64,000 bases of DNA from IMG/VR virus record IMGVR_UViG_3300045988_115146. One strand, given 5' to 3'. This document shows, piece after piece, positions 19,888 to 28,481 of the stretch. Numbering within the stretch: the first letter of the stretch is position 1; each line of letters starts with the position of its first letter. The notes under the pieces were generated by a model. That model was given only the letters and a program-made list of their open reading frames with translations, made no database searches and was not told the DNA's origin. Origin of the DNA: a virus. Made by a program: the position numbers and the translations under genes.

Positions 19888-20520
19888 ATGCCACTGATCT
19901 CATTATTATTTGCAGCTGCTCAAGATCAAAAAGTAGACAATGCAGTTCAATCTTTAACAAGGTCATCCATAGAGTTAGCGGAAGCAGCTTCTAACTACGG
20001 GGCATTAAAGGTAATCTTCGGTATCTTTATGGTATTAGTTCTAGTATTGGTAGTGATGTTTATGTATACCATCTGGAACTTAAACAAAAAGATATCTGTA
20101 GTATCAGAGTCTTCTAGTAAGGTCACAGAATTCTTCGATGGAGCTGCTGATTCTACAATAGGTGTAACTGAGGCACAGATTCTTATACGAAGGGAATTCA
20201 ATTGCCTTGGTCATATACTTAAGTATGCCATACTACGAATAAGACTCGAGAATCATATAGATAATAAAGAGTCAGTAATAAAGAAAGTAGACATATTAGT
20301 TAACAATGAGTATTCAGAACTATGTGGGCTTATGTCTAACTTTAATTGTAATGGCAAATCTCTTTCGACCATATTTGAACTTCAAGATAATGAAGCAATA
20401 AAAGATATGGTAATAGAACAAATATACATATCCAAGGATCAATTCTCCATTTCAAATATGGATCAATCAGTAAGTATGTATCTCAATGGATTGAAATTGA
20501 TGTACCTTAAAAAATTATAA
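19888..20520 (+). CDS. single-pass membrane protein (possible lysis accessory)
   Basis: 210 aa with one strong TM helix (ALKVIFGIFMVLVLVLVVMFMYTIW), directly upstream of the amidase. Confidence 0.4.
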   Translation: MPLISLLFAAAQDQKVDNAVQSLTRSSIELAEAASNYGALKVIFGIFMVLVLVLVVMFMYTIWNLNKKISVVSESSSKVTEFFDGAADSTIGVTEAQILIRREFNCLGHILKYAILRIRLENHIDNKESVIKKVDILVNNEYSELCGLMSNFNCNGKSLSTIFELQDNEAIKDMVIEQIYISKDQFSISNMDQSVSMYLNGLKLMYLKKL

Positions 20521-20522
20521 CC

Positions 20523-21149
20523 ATGGAACGAAAATTATTACCGATCATTGACTTTGCTCATGGGTCAGATGTACCTGGAAAACAATCACCAGATGGTAAA
20601 CATAAAGAATATTTATGGAGTCGTAAAGTAGGTGGAATGCTAGCTGAACGTCTCAAGCAGGAGGGATTCAAGGTAGCATTCACTAATACCTCAGATAAAG
20701 AAATCGGGTTATCTAGAAGAAGAGAAATTGCAAATAATCTAGATACTCCACTTGGGGGAACTAAATTTCTGCTATCCCTCCATAATAATGCCACAGGCAT
20801 GGGGAATGAATGGTGCACTGCAAGGGGATTTGAAATTTATACTACCAAGGGCCAGACTAGTTCTGATTTATTTGCTACAGTAATATTTGAGCAGCTTCAG
20901 GAAGACTTCCCGATTACCAATGGATATAAACACCGTATGGATAAATCAGATGGTGATCCAGATAAGGAAGCTAACTTTACTGTACTAATGGGAAATAATT
21001 ACTGGGGAGTACTGCTTGAGTGGCTCTTCCAGGATAATCCAGATGATGTAGCTTTATTAGAGGATGATAATATAAACCATAAATTGGTTGAGTCTTTAAC
21101 TAAGGCACTCATTTTCATAGACGAAAACTTGGATAAATTAAAACTGTAG
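20523..21149 (+). CDS. N-acetylmuramoyl-L-alanine amidase (Amidase_3-type endolysin)
   Basis: IIDFAHGSDVPGK...KEYLWSRKV...GFKVAFTN...GLSRRREIAN...FLLSLHNNA...GFEIYT matches the H/E/H Zn-ligand layout of MurNAc-LAA amidases. Confidence 0.8.
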   Translation: MERKLLPIIDFAHGSDVPGKQSPDGKHKEYLWSRKVGGMLAERLKQEGFKVAFTNTSDKEIGLSRRREIANNLDTPLGGTKFLLSLHNNATGMGNEWCTARGFEIYTTKGQTSSDLFATVIFEQLQEDFPITNGYKHRMDKSDGDPDKEANFTVLMGNNYWGVLLEWLFQDNPDDVALLEDDNINHKLVESLTKALIFIDENLDKLKL

Positions 21150-21153
21150 AGAT

Positions 21154-23067
21154 ATGGCTAATAATGTAACCGTGGTTAATAACGATGTAGTTCAACAGAG
21201 GTTCTATCAAGTATATGGTGACTTGATTGAATCCAAAGAAACCATGGAACCCATAGCTATTGCTCATGGTAATGGTCCTATATGTGGATTTGATATTGTA
21301 GATACTTCTACTGATCATGTAATAATCCGTGGTTCATGGGATCCCAATTTATCTAGCGATGGTATATCCGCTCCGCCAGTATTAAAGAAAGCTAATCGTA
21401 GAGTCATAATATCAGATGGAGAAAATAATGGTGGAAATGTAGTTAATGCCATAGTAACTAATGATGGGCTTATACATATATGTCCAGTTACTCTTGATTT
21501 TACTGATGTAAAGCCAACTGGTGGATGGTTTGATCTAAGTAATCCCAGTAAGTTTGTGGCTTTTGCTATGAAAGTAAGCCATACCTATACTCCAGTAGCA
21601 GATGCTAGTAATATTGGAGTTAGTGATTTTAGTATTACTTGGTTAACATTAGAAAAGAGTACTGGTGGTACTTATAGTCCTGCAGAGGTAGCCTCTTTAG
21701 ACTTCTCATCTCTTGTAGGCACTATATTACCATCTGGTTGGATAAATAGGAATACTGATTCTTTAGTTGGTATATACATTGTAGGGTATGACCCAAGTTG
21801 GGGAGACAACGATGTATATGCCTCTTTCGGATATAAAATGGCTTTGGTATCTTATGATGGTAAATGGCCAGTAAGTCCTTTCATAAACGGGTCATTTGAT
21901 ATCCTTTCACTTAATCAAAGAGTAAAAAATATACCAGTCATAGAAGATGATATTGATAGCTTGAAAGGGCTGAACAGTATACTTCAGAACCAGGTGAATA
22001 CTCTTGGTAAAGGTATAGAATGTGATTACACTTTAGATATTAATGTTACAGATGAAGGGACCGGTGATGGTACAGTAAGTATTACTATAAAGAAGCTGGT
22101 GTATCTCGGAGTAAGCCTCTATGAAGGAGCTGGGAAAACCTTCACCAGTAATACCATGTATTTAAACAATATAAAGGCCATATACTTAGACATATTATCA
22201 TCTGATACTAATCCAGATACTGGTTTACCTTCTATCTCTAAATGGGGATTAAGTCTTGGATTAAGTACTGTTAGGTTAACTAATCCAAGTGACATTAGGG
22301 GAGGCATATCTGGTGATTTTCAAGGAACTGGAGAATCTGGTTCTATATCAGCTGGTATTATATGCCTAATCAATAAGAATGGTCAAATGACTGACTCTTA
22401 TTATGGCCTAGTAGGTAATGGTAAAAGTTCAAAAGTAGTAAAACCCTCTGATGATCCAAGTTATTATCTGGCATTGGTATTAAATAACTTCTTTAATAGG
22501 TTTGCTAATACCGCTGATGTATTGGATACATCCTCAGAAAGGGATAAGAGGTATACTAGAGTATTCATAGATACCAAGAGTGGAGGTTTAACTTCAAGTG
22601 ATACTTGTGGAATAACCTTCAGATTGTACCCAACAGGTATAAACTTATCTTGGTATGTATACCTTAGTAACACTTCTTCCCCATATACACAAGGTACTTT
22701 CAGGTTAGATTTGAATTCTGAATTGGCTTTACATTTCAAGCCTTATGTATTAAAGAATCTATACGACTTCTATAAGAAGGTAACTGCTCAGGCATCTGGC
22801 GGGAAGTTGTTATTGCAAAGTATGCCGTTGATGGTTAATACTACTCAAAGTGGAACAGAGCAAGAAGTAAATGGTCATATATTTGTTTATTTACGAAATG
22901 ATTCGTCTGATAATTTCTACTTAGAAGTAGTAGTGGGTACTATAAGTGGTTCATCTTCTGCTACCATAAGGAGTACTTATTTTGGTACTACATTTATCCC
23001 ATTTATGTTGAATGATGTATGGGATTTATGTAATACTGGAGATGTATCAATTACTCCGAATGTATAG
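21154..23067 (+). CDS. tail fiber / receptor-binding protein
   Basis: 637-aa S/T/G/N-rich ORF at the distal end of the baseplate module, in the P2 gpH position. Confidence 0.5.
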   Translation: MANNVTVVNNDVVQQRFYQVYGDLIESKETMEPIAIAHGNGPICGFDIVDTSTDHVIIRGSWDPNLSSDGISAPPVLKKANRRVIISDGENNGGNVVNAIVTNDGLIHICPVTLDFTDVKPTGGWFDLSNPSKFVAFAMKVSHTYTPVADASNIGVSDFSITWLTLEKSTGGTYSPAEVASLDFSSLVGTILPSGWINRNTDSLVGIYIVGYDPSWGDNDVYASFGYKMALVSYDGKWPVSPFINGSFDILSLNQRVKNIPVIEDDIDSLKGLNSILQNQVNTLGKGIECDYTLDINVTDEGTGDGTVSITIKKLVYLGVSLYEGAGKTFTSNTMYLNNIKAIYLDILSSDTNPDTGLPSISKWGLSLGLSTVRLTNPSDIRGGISGDFQGTGESGSISAGIICLINKNGQMTDSYYGLVGNGKSSKVVKPSDDPSYYLALVLNNFFNRFANTADVLDTSSERDKRYTRVFIDTKSGGLTSSDTCGITFRLYPTGINLSWYVYLSNTSSPYTQGTFRLDLNSELALHFKPYVLKNLYDFYKKVTAQASGGKLLLQSMPLMVNTTQSGTEQEVNGHIFVYLRNDSSDNFYLEVVVGTISGSSSATIRSTYFGTTFIPFMLNDVWDLCNTGDVSITPNV

Positions 23068-23109
23068 ATACATATTAAACACAAGCCATAGTTGAGTTGG
23101 TTAAGTGGG

Positions 23110-23149
23110 GCCGGAGTTGGGTTATGTTTAATCCTGCTCTGGCTTTTTT
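23110..23149. terminator. weak hairpin plus T-run between convergent genes
   Basis: gccggag (23110-23116) pairs imperfectly with ctctggc (23137-23143), followed by tttttt. Confidence 0.25.
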
Positions 23150-23795
23150 ATTGTCTAAGATCTACAGCAGCTTGTTCTAAAGTTTTTTGTATGTTCTTTC
23201 TCATGTGAGAAAACATATTTACTGCAAATTTATCTCTTGGCAACTCAAAGTAATCAATCAAGTGAAGGATAGATAACTTACCGTGTGATTCCTTTATTCT
23301 TGACTCAAACCATTTGGGAGGTTCAAGCTGTATCTTCATAACCAAATACTCATCAGGTGTAAGATGTTCTTTCATGTATTCATGGAATCTTTGTGATTGT
23401 TCTTCCTTGATACGAGTTTCTTCTGAGTCATCAAGTAATTCCTTGTTATTATCAAATAGGACTTCAAATGAAGTTAACTCCTGATTAAATTCTGCCTGTT
23501 TAGTATAGGCATTACGCAATAACTTACTCTTGAAAGTTTGAAGGGAAGATAAAAGAGTGGCCTTTAATCTTTCTTCATCATACTCACTTTGATATTTATT
23601 GAATACATACAAGAACTTATCCCAGAAAAAAGAGTTGATTATATCTGGTGTAACATTAAATCTTCTAGAATCTATTCCCCTTACTAATCTGCGGATTAAT
23701 GGTTTACAGGTTTTATACAACCTATTAAACAAATCCTCATCATAAGGTTTTAATTCTGTCAAACGATGTAGTTCACTTCCGTTGTTGCCTTTCAT
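23148..23795 (-). CDS. sigma-70 family (ECF-like) sigma factor candidate
   Basis: This is the only convincing minus-strand gene. The region-2-like segment is FNRLYKTCKPLIRRLV...TPDIINSFFWDKFLYVFNKY...LLSSLQTFKSKLLRNAY. The region-4-like HTH is LTPDEYLVMK...ILHLIDYFELPRDKFAVNMFSHMRKNIQKTLEQ. Confidence 0.45.
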   Translation of the reverse strand: MKGNNGSELHRLTELKPYDEDLFNRLYKTCKPLIRRLVRGIDSRRFNVTPDIINSFFWDKFLYVFNKYQSEYDEERLKATLLSSLQTFKSKLLRNAYTKQAEFNQELTSFEVLFDNNKELLDDSEETRIKEEQSQRFHEYMKEHLTPDEYLVMKIQLEPPKWFESRIKESHGKLSILHLIDYFELPRDKFAVNMFSHMRKNIQKTLEQAAVDLRQ

Positions 23796-23818
23796 AGTAG
23801 TAAAGATTTTTTAACAAT

Positions 23819-23829
23819 GCAAATATAAT
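23819..23829 (-). promoter_or_regulatory. Bacteroidota-type -7 element (TTATATTTGCA on the minus strand) upstream of the sigma-like gene
   Basis: The plus strand reads tgcaaatataa at 23819-23829, 24 nt upstream of the minus-strand ATG at 23795. The 11-mer is the same as in the early promoters at 50-62 kb. Confidence 0.5.
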
Positions 23830-23964
23830 ATAATAAGTAACAACTTGTATGAATTTATAAAAATTATTTCACCGTTTGTGTTGAAGTTAGTTCAAAGATG
23901 AGCTTCATGAACTATATCATCTAGCAGATACTATTGATAATACATCCTGAATATTATATAATAT

Positions 23965-25431
23965 ATGAAACAAAACAAGGTAAAGAAGAGGTTAAACTCA
24001 TGTGATAAATTCACTTTTTCCATAGAGTTTCAATTAGAAGTATTAAGGTTTCTGATACAAGGCAAGGAATCTCTTTTATATATCTCAAAGATAAAGCCTG
24101 GGTATTTTACTCTGATAGAACATTCTATCTTAGTAGAAGCCTTGATCAAATTTGTTAAGAAGTATCAGAGAATCCCCAGTGAAGTTTTGATGATAGAACA
24201 GGTAAAGACTTTATTGGAAGGCAAGGATTATACAGATTTGGTTACAAAGGAAGATATCCCCAATATTCATAAGTTAATATATGAACTGTATAACAAGCCA
24301 TTAAAGGATGTAGATATAGTTTTGGAAAACATACATAAGTTCATTGCCTATATAGAATTAAAGGCTTTGAATGAGAGTATGGATTTCTCAGATTATAACT
24401 CATATGAAACATACCAATCAAAGCTAACCAAGATCCTTCAAAATTCAAAGCCACAAAAGAAGGATGAACCATTGTTAATGGTTAGTGGAACTGCAATGCG
24501 TCAACTTATGAGAAAGGTTGATCCGGATGTAGTTCCTACTCCATTTTGGCAATTGAATAAGTTGGGTAATGGGGATGGGTATCCTAAGAATTCTTTATTT
24601 GTGTTGATTGATCGACCCAAACGGAGAAAGACCTTTGCACTTATAAATATAGCAAGGGGATACTTGGCAATGAGGAAGAACGTATTATATATTGATACTG
24701 AGAATGGTAAGAACCAGTTAATGGATCGTATGATCCAATCTACTCTCAACAAAACTAAGAGAGAGATGTTAACTGGTGATTATGATAAGATGGAGCAAAG
24801 ACACATGCGTAAATATAAACGTCTTGGTGTAGAGTTTATAGTTGAGCGTGTACCAGCAACCATTGCCGATTGTAATACTATCAAGAATCTAGTCAGGAAG
24901 TTAGAATCAGAGAAAGGTATAAAGGTGCATGTCATCATGATTGACTATGCTGCAAAGTTAGCTTCTATTTCCAGAGATAAGGATGATGTAGAACGTATTA
25001 ACAATGTATATATAGATATAGATAATATGGGTGATGAACTTGGGCTAGATGCCATTTGGACTGCTCAACACGTTACCCGAGAAGGCGCTAAGCATCAAGA
25101 AACAAGATACGAGGATAATGATATTGCTTCTGCTATTTCTATCATAAGAAATGCAAAATGCGTAATGGGGTTAAATTCTACACCCGATGAAGAAGAACAT
25201 AATATAATGAGAATGGAAGTTGTAGTTCAACGAGATGGAGTTCCAACCGGTAGAGTTATGTTCAATATGGATCCAGAAAGACAACGTATGAAAGAGTTCT
25301 CAAGAGAAGCCAGAGCTAAATATGATGAGTCCATGGGTAGACAAGTAGATGATATGCTTAAAAAGAAAAAGAAGGTAAGTAATCCCAATGCAAACTCTGA
25401 AAAGAGGAGTAAAACCACTGGTGATATTTAG
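23965..25431 (+). CDS. DnaB-like replicative helicase (non-canonical Walker A)
   Basis: The N-terminus is EFQLEVLRFLIQ. The P-loop region is LIDRPKRRKTFALINIA (compare aRPsmGKTafaln). Walker B-like is HVIMIDYAAKL, and WTAQHVTREG corresponds to SQLnR. Confidence 0.55.
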   Translation: MKQNKVKKRLNSCDKFTFSIEFQLEVLRFLIQGKESLLYISKIKPGYFTLIEHSILVEALIKFVKKYQRIPSEVLMIEQVKTLLEGKDYTDLVTKEDIPNIHKLIYELYNKPLKDVDIVLENIHKFIAYIELKALNESMDFSDYNSYETYQSKLTKILQNSKPQKKDEPLLMVSGTAMRQLMRKVDPDVVPTPFWQLNKLGNGDGYPKNSLFVLIDRPKRRKTFALINIARGYLAMRKNVLYIDTENGKNQLMDRMIQSTLNKTKREMLTGDYDKMEQRHMRKYKRLGVEFIVERVPATIADCNTIKNLVRKLESEKGIKVHVIMIDYAAKLASISRDKDDVERINNVYIDIDNMGDELGLDAIWTAQHVTREGAKHQETRYEDNDIASAISIIRNAKCVMGLNSTPDEEEHNIMRMEVVVQRDGVPTGRVMFNMDPERQRMKEFSREARAKYDESMGRQVDDMLKKKKKVSNPNANSEKRSKTTGDI

Positions 25432-25464
25432 TAACATATTATAAACCTTAATAATTAAAGTTGT

Positions 25465-25677
25465 ATGGCACGTATTATTGATTCTATGGATTTGGCCAAG
25501 TTTGGAGAAAAGGTTACTTCCTGTCCCAAATGTAAAAAGGTAATAGCCTGTGTTCCAAATGAAGTATTCTTAGATTTATCTTATGGTCCTGGACATTTTG
25601 AAGAAGAGAGTATTGTATGTCCTCAATGTCATAGTATACTTCATCTCAATGAGTTTCATACTGTAGAACATATGTAA
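25465..25677 (+). CDS. zinc-ribbon protein
   Basis: 70 aa with CPKC...CPQC. Confidence 0.5.
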   Translation: MARIIDSMDLAKFGEKVTSCPKCKKVIACVPNEVFLDLSYGPGHFEEESIVCPQCHSILHLNEFHTVEHM

Positions 25678-25679
25678 TC

Positions 25680-26045
25680 ATGGATATCAGATTGCTAAAG
25701 ATATTCCGTAGGAGAGCTTCTAAAGAGATATGCTTAAGAAGACAACCAGGTAATAGGTATGAAGTGGTATGTCCAATAAATGAAGAAAATACTCTTGGAT
25801 GTTTTACTAAACAATGGGTTCACATAAATAGTCCAAAAGCTTCTATTACATTTAAGATGTGTACTCCCAATGGCAGTACTTTCATAAATAGAATAGGGTA
25901 TAATCAATACGATGCGTATATTATACCATTTAACACTAATTTTCTAACTATGGAAGAAGCTATTTTAGAGATATCCAAGATTAGGAGAGGTTATATACAA
26001 TATCACTTAGTGCCGGAGTTCTGCAAAGGATTACCCATTAAGTAG
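25680..26045 (+). CDS. hypothetical protein
   Basis: 121-aa ORF; no motif recognised. Confidence 0.45.
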   Translation: MDIRLLKIFRRRASKEICLRRQPGNRYEVVCPINEENTLGCFTKQWVHINSPKASITFKMCTPNGSTFINRIGYNQYDAYIIPFNTNFLTMEEAILEISKIRRGYIQYHLVPEFCKGLPIK

Positions 26046-26050
26046 TAATC

Positions 26051-26083
26051 ACCCGGCTATGGATAACATGGTCGGGTATTTTT
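26051..26083 (+). terminator. rho-independent terminator
   Basis: acccgg (26051-26056) pairs with tcgggt (26072-26077) with one G-U pair, followed by attttt. Confidence 0.45.
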
Positions 26084-26093
26084 ATTTATTGAT

Positions 26094-26165
26094 ATGAAAC
26101 TCAACAGCAATATAAAAGGTTTTCCTTTATACCATGTAACTAAAGATGGAAAGGTATATACATAA
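26094..26165 (+). pseudogene. 23-codon remnant resembling the NUMOD4 N-terminus of an HNH homing endonuclease
   Basis: MKLNSNIKGFPLYHVTKDGKVYT* compared with the N-terminus of the ORF at 40399 (NIPYFDCYHVTRSGDVYS) gives 10 of 18 identities. Confidence 0.3.
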
Positions 26166-26182
26166 AATAAAGACTGGTTATT

Positions 26183-27136
26183 ATGAAGCTTAATAATAAT
26201 CTCAAGGGCAGGCTCCATCAATACTTTATAAGAAAGATAGGGGCTTTTGATTACAGACACTCATGGATGAAGTCAGATTGTCCATACTGTGGTAGAGAAA
26301 AGAAGTTTGGTATTAACCTTTCAAGTAATAGGTGCAATTGTTTCCGATGCGGAGAACATCCCTCCCCTATTGGATTAATCATGTATCTAGAGAATACCGA
26401 TAGTTTTCAAGAAGTACTGCATATACTTGAATCGGGTGATTATTCTGGATATGTATTTAAGGAGGAGAAGGTTGAATTAAAAGGTAAGAAAGAATTTTTC
26501 CTCCCTGATGGATTCAAGAATATATCTATGGGTAATTCTGTATTGGCAAAGTCAGCCAGGAATTATTTGAAGAGAAGAGGATTCAATATAGATGAATTGG
26601 CTCGTAAGGGATGGGGATATTGCAATGAAGGTAAGTACCTGGGTTATGTAATTATCCCATTTACGGAGCATGGGCAATTAACTTATTTCAATGCCAGATT
26701 ATATATGGGCGCTGGCCCCAAATATAACAATCCAGAAGTAGATATAACAGGTTTGGGAAAGAGTTTTATTATTTATAATGCAGATGCTCTAGAAATATAT
26801 AAAACAGTTTATATTTGTGAGGGTGCAATTAATGCAGAGACTATCGGAGAAAATGGGATTGCAACGGGAGGCAAGGCCATTTCAAGATATCAGGTGAATA
26901 GATTTATTAAAAGCCCAGTAGAAAAGTTTATTATATTAATTGACCCAGATGCTAAGGATAAGGCATTAGACCTGGCTTTCAAATTAGTACCCTTTAAAAA
27001 GGTAAAGGTGGTATTTCTACCTGATAATGAAGATGTGAATTCTTTGGGTAAGAGAAAGACTTTAGAATATGTACGAAAGACGACATATCAGACTTATCAA
27101 GAACTTTTAACTATAAAATCAGAACTAAAATTATAA
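26183..27136 (+). CDS. DNA primase (zinc finger + TOPRIM)
   Basis: The zinc finger is CPYCGREKKFGINLSSNRCNCFRCGEH. TOPRIM is shown by the Glu in YICEGAINAETI and the DxD in ILIDPDAKDKA. Confidence 0.8.
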   Translation: MKLNNNLKGRLHQYFIRKIGAFDYRHSWMKSDCPYCGREKKFGINLSSNRCNCFRCGEHPSPIGLIMYLENTDSFQEVLHILESGDYSGYVFKEEKVELKGKKEFFLPDGFKNISMGNSVLAKSARNYLKRRGFNIDELARKGWGYCNEGKYLGYVIIPFTEHGQLTYFNARLYMGAGPKYNNPEVDITGLGKSFIIYNADALEIYKTVYICEGAINAETIGENGIATGGKAISRYQVNRFIKSPVEKFIILIDPDAKDKALDLAFKLVPFKKVKVVFLPDNEDVNSLGKRKTLEYVRKTTYQTYQELLTIKSELKL

Positions 27137-27139
27137 ATT

Positions 27140-27523
27140 ATGGCACTTTTAATTTGGGTTATATCAGTGGTATTACTTTCATTTATTACACTTATTGTAA
27201 CTACTTGGTTATGCAATATAACCGACTCTTCAAATAGCCTTATTCATAATAACAAATATAACAAGTATAAGATTTATTACGATGCCTCATGTGACCTATA
27301 TTATTGTAAGATGGTAACTAACTATCTGTTGGGTATTATCCCTATTTGGAGGAAGGTCAAATATTCAGTACCATCAGGATTTGAAGATTCAATTTATCAT
27401 ATATGGTATGAAGATAATTCAGAAATTATACGGGTTGAGATGAATAAAAGTTACACTGAATACTGTGAAAGAAATGATAAGTTAAAAGCTAAGGCAAGAG
27501 TAGTATATAAGAGTTATGAATAA
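27140..27523 (+). CDS. hypothetical protein with an N-terminal TM helix
   Basis: 127 aa; N-terminus MALLIWVISVVLLSFITLIVTTWL. Confidence 0.45.
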   Translation: MALLIWVISVVLLSFITLIVTTWLCNITDSSNSLIHNNKYNKYKIYYDASCDLYYCKMVTNYLLGIIPIWRKVKYSVPSGFEDSIYHIWYEDNSEIIRVEMNKSYTEYCERNDKLKAKARVVYKSYE

Positions 27524-28358
27524 GGTAAAGAGAGAACCGTCAATCCATATATCCAAATCTTTATTCCGTAAATTATGGAATGAGATTGGGGATAAAGTAT
27601 CAGAAGAATTTGTGGATAAATTTTTTACAAGAGCCAGGCAATATTCTTTGGATCACAGATCTGTAGTAGGAGAGAATAAACCAGTAAGAAAAAAGGCTAT
27701 CAGTAGAACTTCAAGTAGTATAGGAGATGCTAATTTATTAGCCGATATTATATACTCTACTAGAATACAACTAAAACATATAGGAGTAACTAAAATAAAG
27801 CAAACAGATTTACAATGGGCATCAATAAAAGAGTTGGTACCTGTTGTAAATGAATTCTGTCAGAAGTATGGATTTGAACCTCGTCAAGGTTATATTGAAT
27901 TTGTAACTACTGGCCTTAAACTCATGGCTCAAGCCAAGAGAGTTAATTATAACTTCTGTGCTAATTGGTTACATCAAAGAGTTAATTGGATAATTGAGAT
28001 ATATGATTCTGAGATAGAAGTTAAAGAGGATAAATATCCAGAATATACTAGAGAGGTATATGAGAACTATACAAAGGAAATCCTCGACAGAATAGGTATC
28101 AACAATACTTATGATAAGAATCCGCAAGAATATGTATGGTTTGTAAGAGCAAGAAAACTTGCAGATGAGATAGGGGTTGACTATGAAACTTTTGTTCAGG
28201 CTCAATTCTATGCTCTTGAATTCTGTAATGGTATACCTAAGATAGAAGATTTATCAAATGATAAGGCTCGTCAAAGAGTAATCAATTATATGGCTAAATT
28301 TAATATTGTATCCCGACCCAAATCAGAACATGTGGATTGGGATGCCTTTAAAAGATAG
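27516..28358 (+). CDS. hypothetical protein
   Basis: 280-aa ORF in the replication module; no motif recognised. Confidence 0.45.
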   Translation: MNKVKREPSIHISKSLFRKLWNEIGDKVSEEFVDKFFTRARQYSLDHRSVVGENKPVRKKAISRTSSSIGDANLLADIIYSTRIQLKHIGVTKIKQTDLQWASIKELVPVVNEFCQKYGFEPRQGYIEFVTTGLKLMAQAKRVNYNFCANWLHQRVNWIIEIYDSEIEVKEDKYPEYTREVYENYTKEILDRIGINNTYDKNPQEYVWFVRARKLADEIGVDYETFVQAQFYALEFCNGIPKIEDLSNDKARQRVINYMAKFNIVSRPKSEHVDWDAFKR

Positions 28359-28361
28359 GAT

Positions 28362-28481
28362 ATGAAAAGATATGATCCAATGGTAGAAGCAGCTAAACCC
28401 TTATTAGTGTTATATACTGTAGCTATAATAATTGGTTTGATATTGGGTATTATTTGTTGGATATTTGATATAAGAATATGA
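28362..28481 (+). CDS. small TM protein (39 aa; below the ORF-track cutoff)
   Basis: MKRYDPMVEAAKPLLVLYTVAIIIGLILGIICWIFDIRI*. Its stop overlaps the next ATG (ATGA). Confidence 0.35.
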   Translation: MKRYDPMVEAAKPLLVLYTVAIIIGLILGIICWIFDIRI

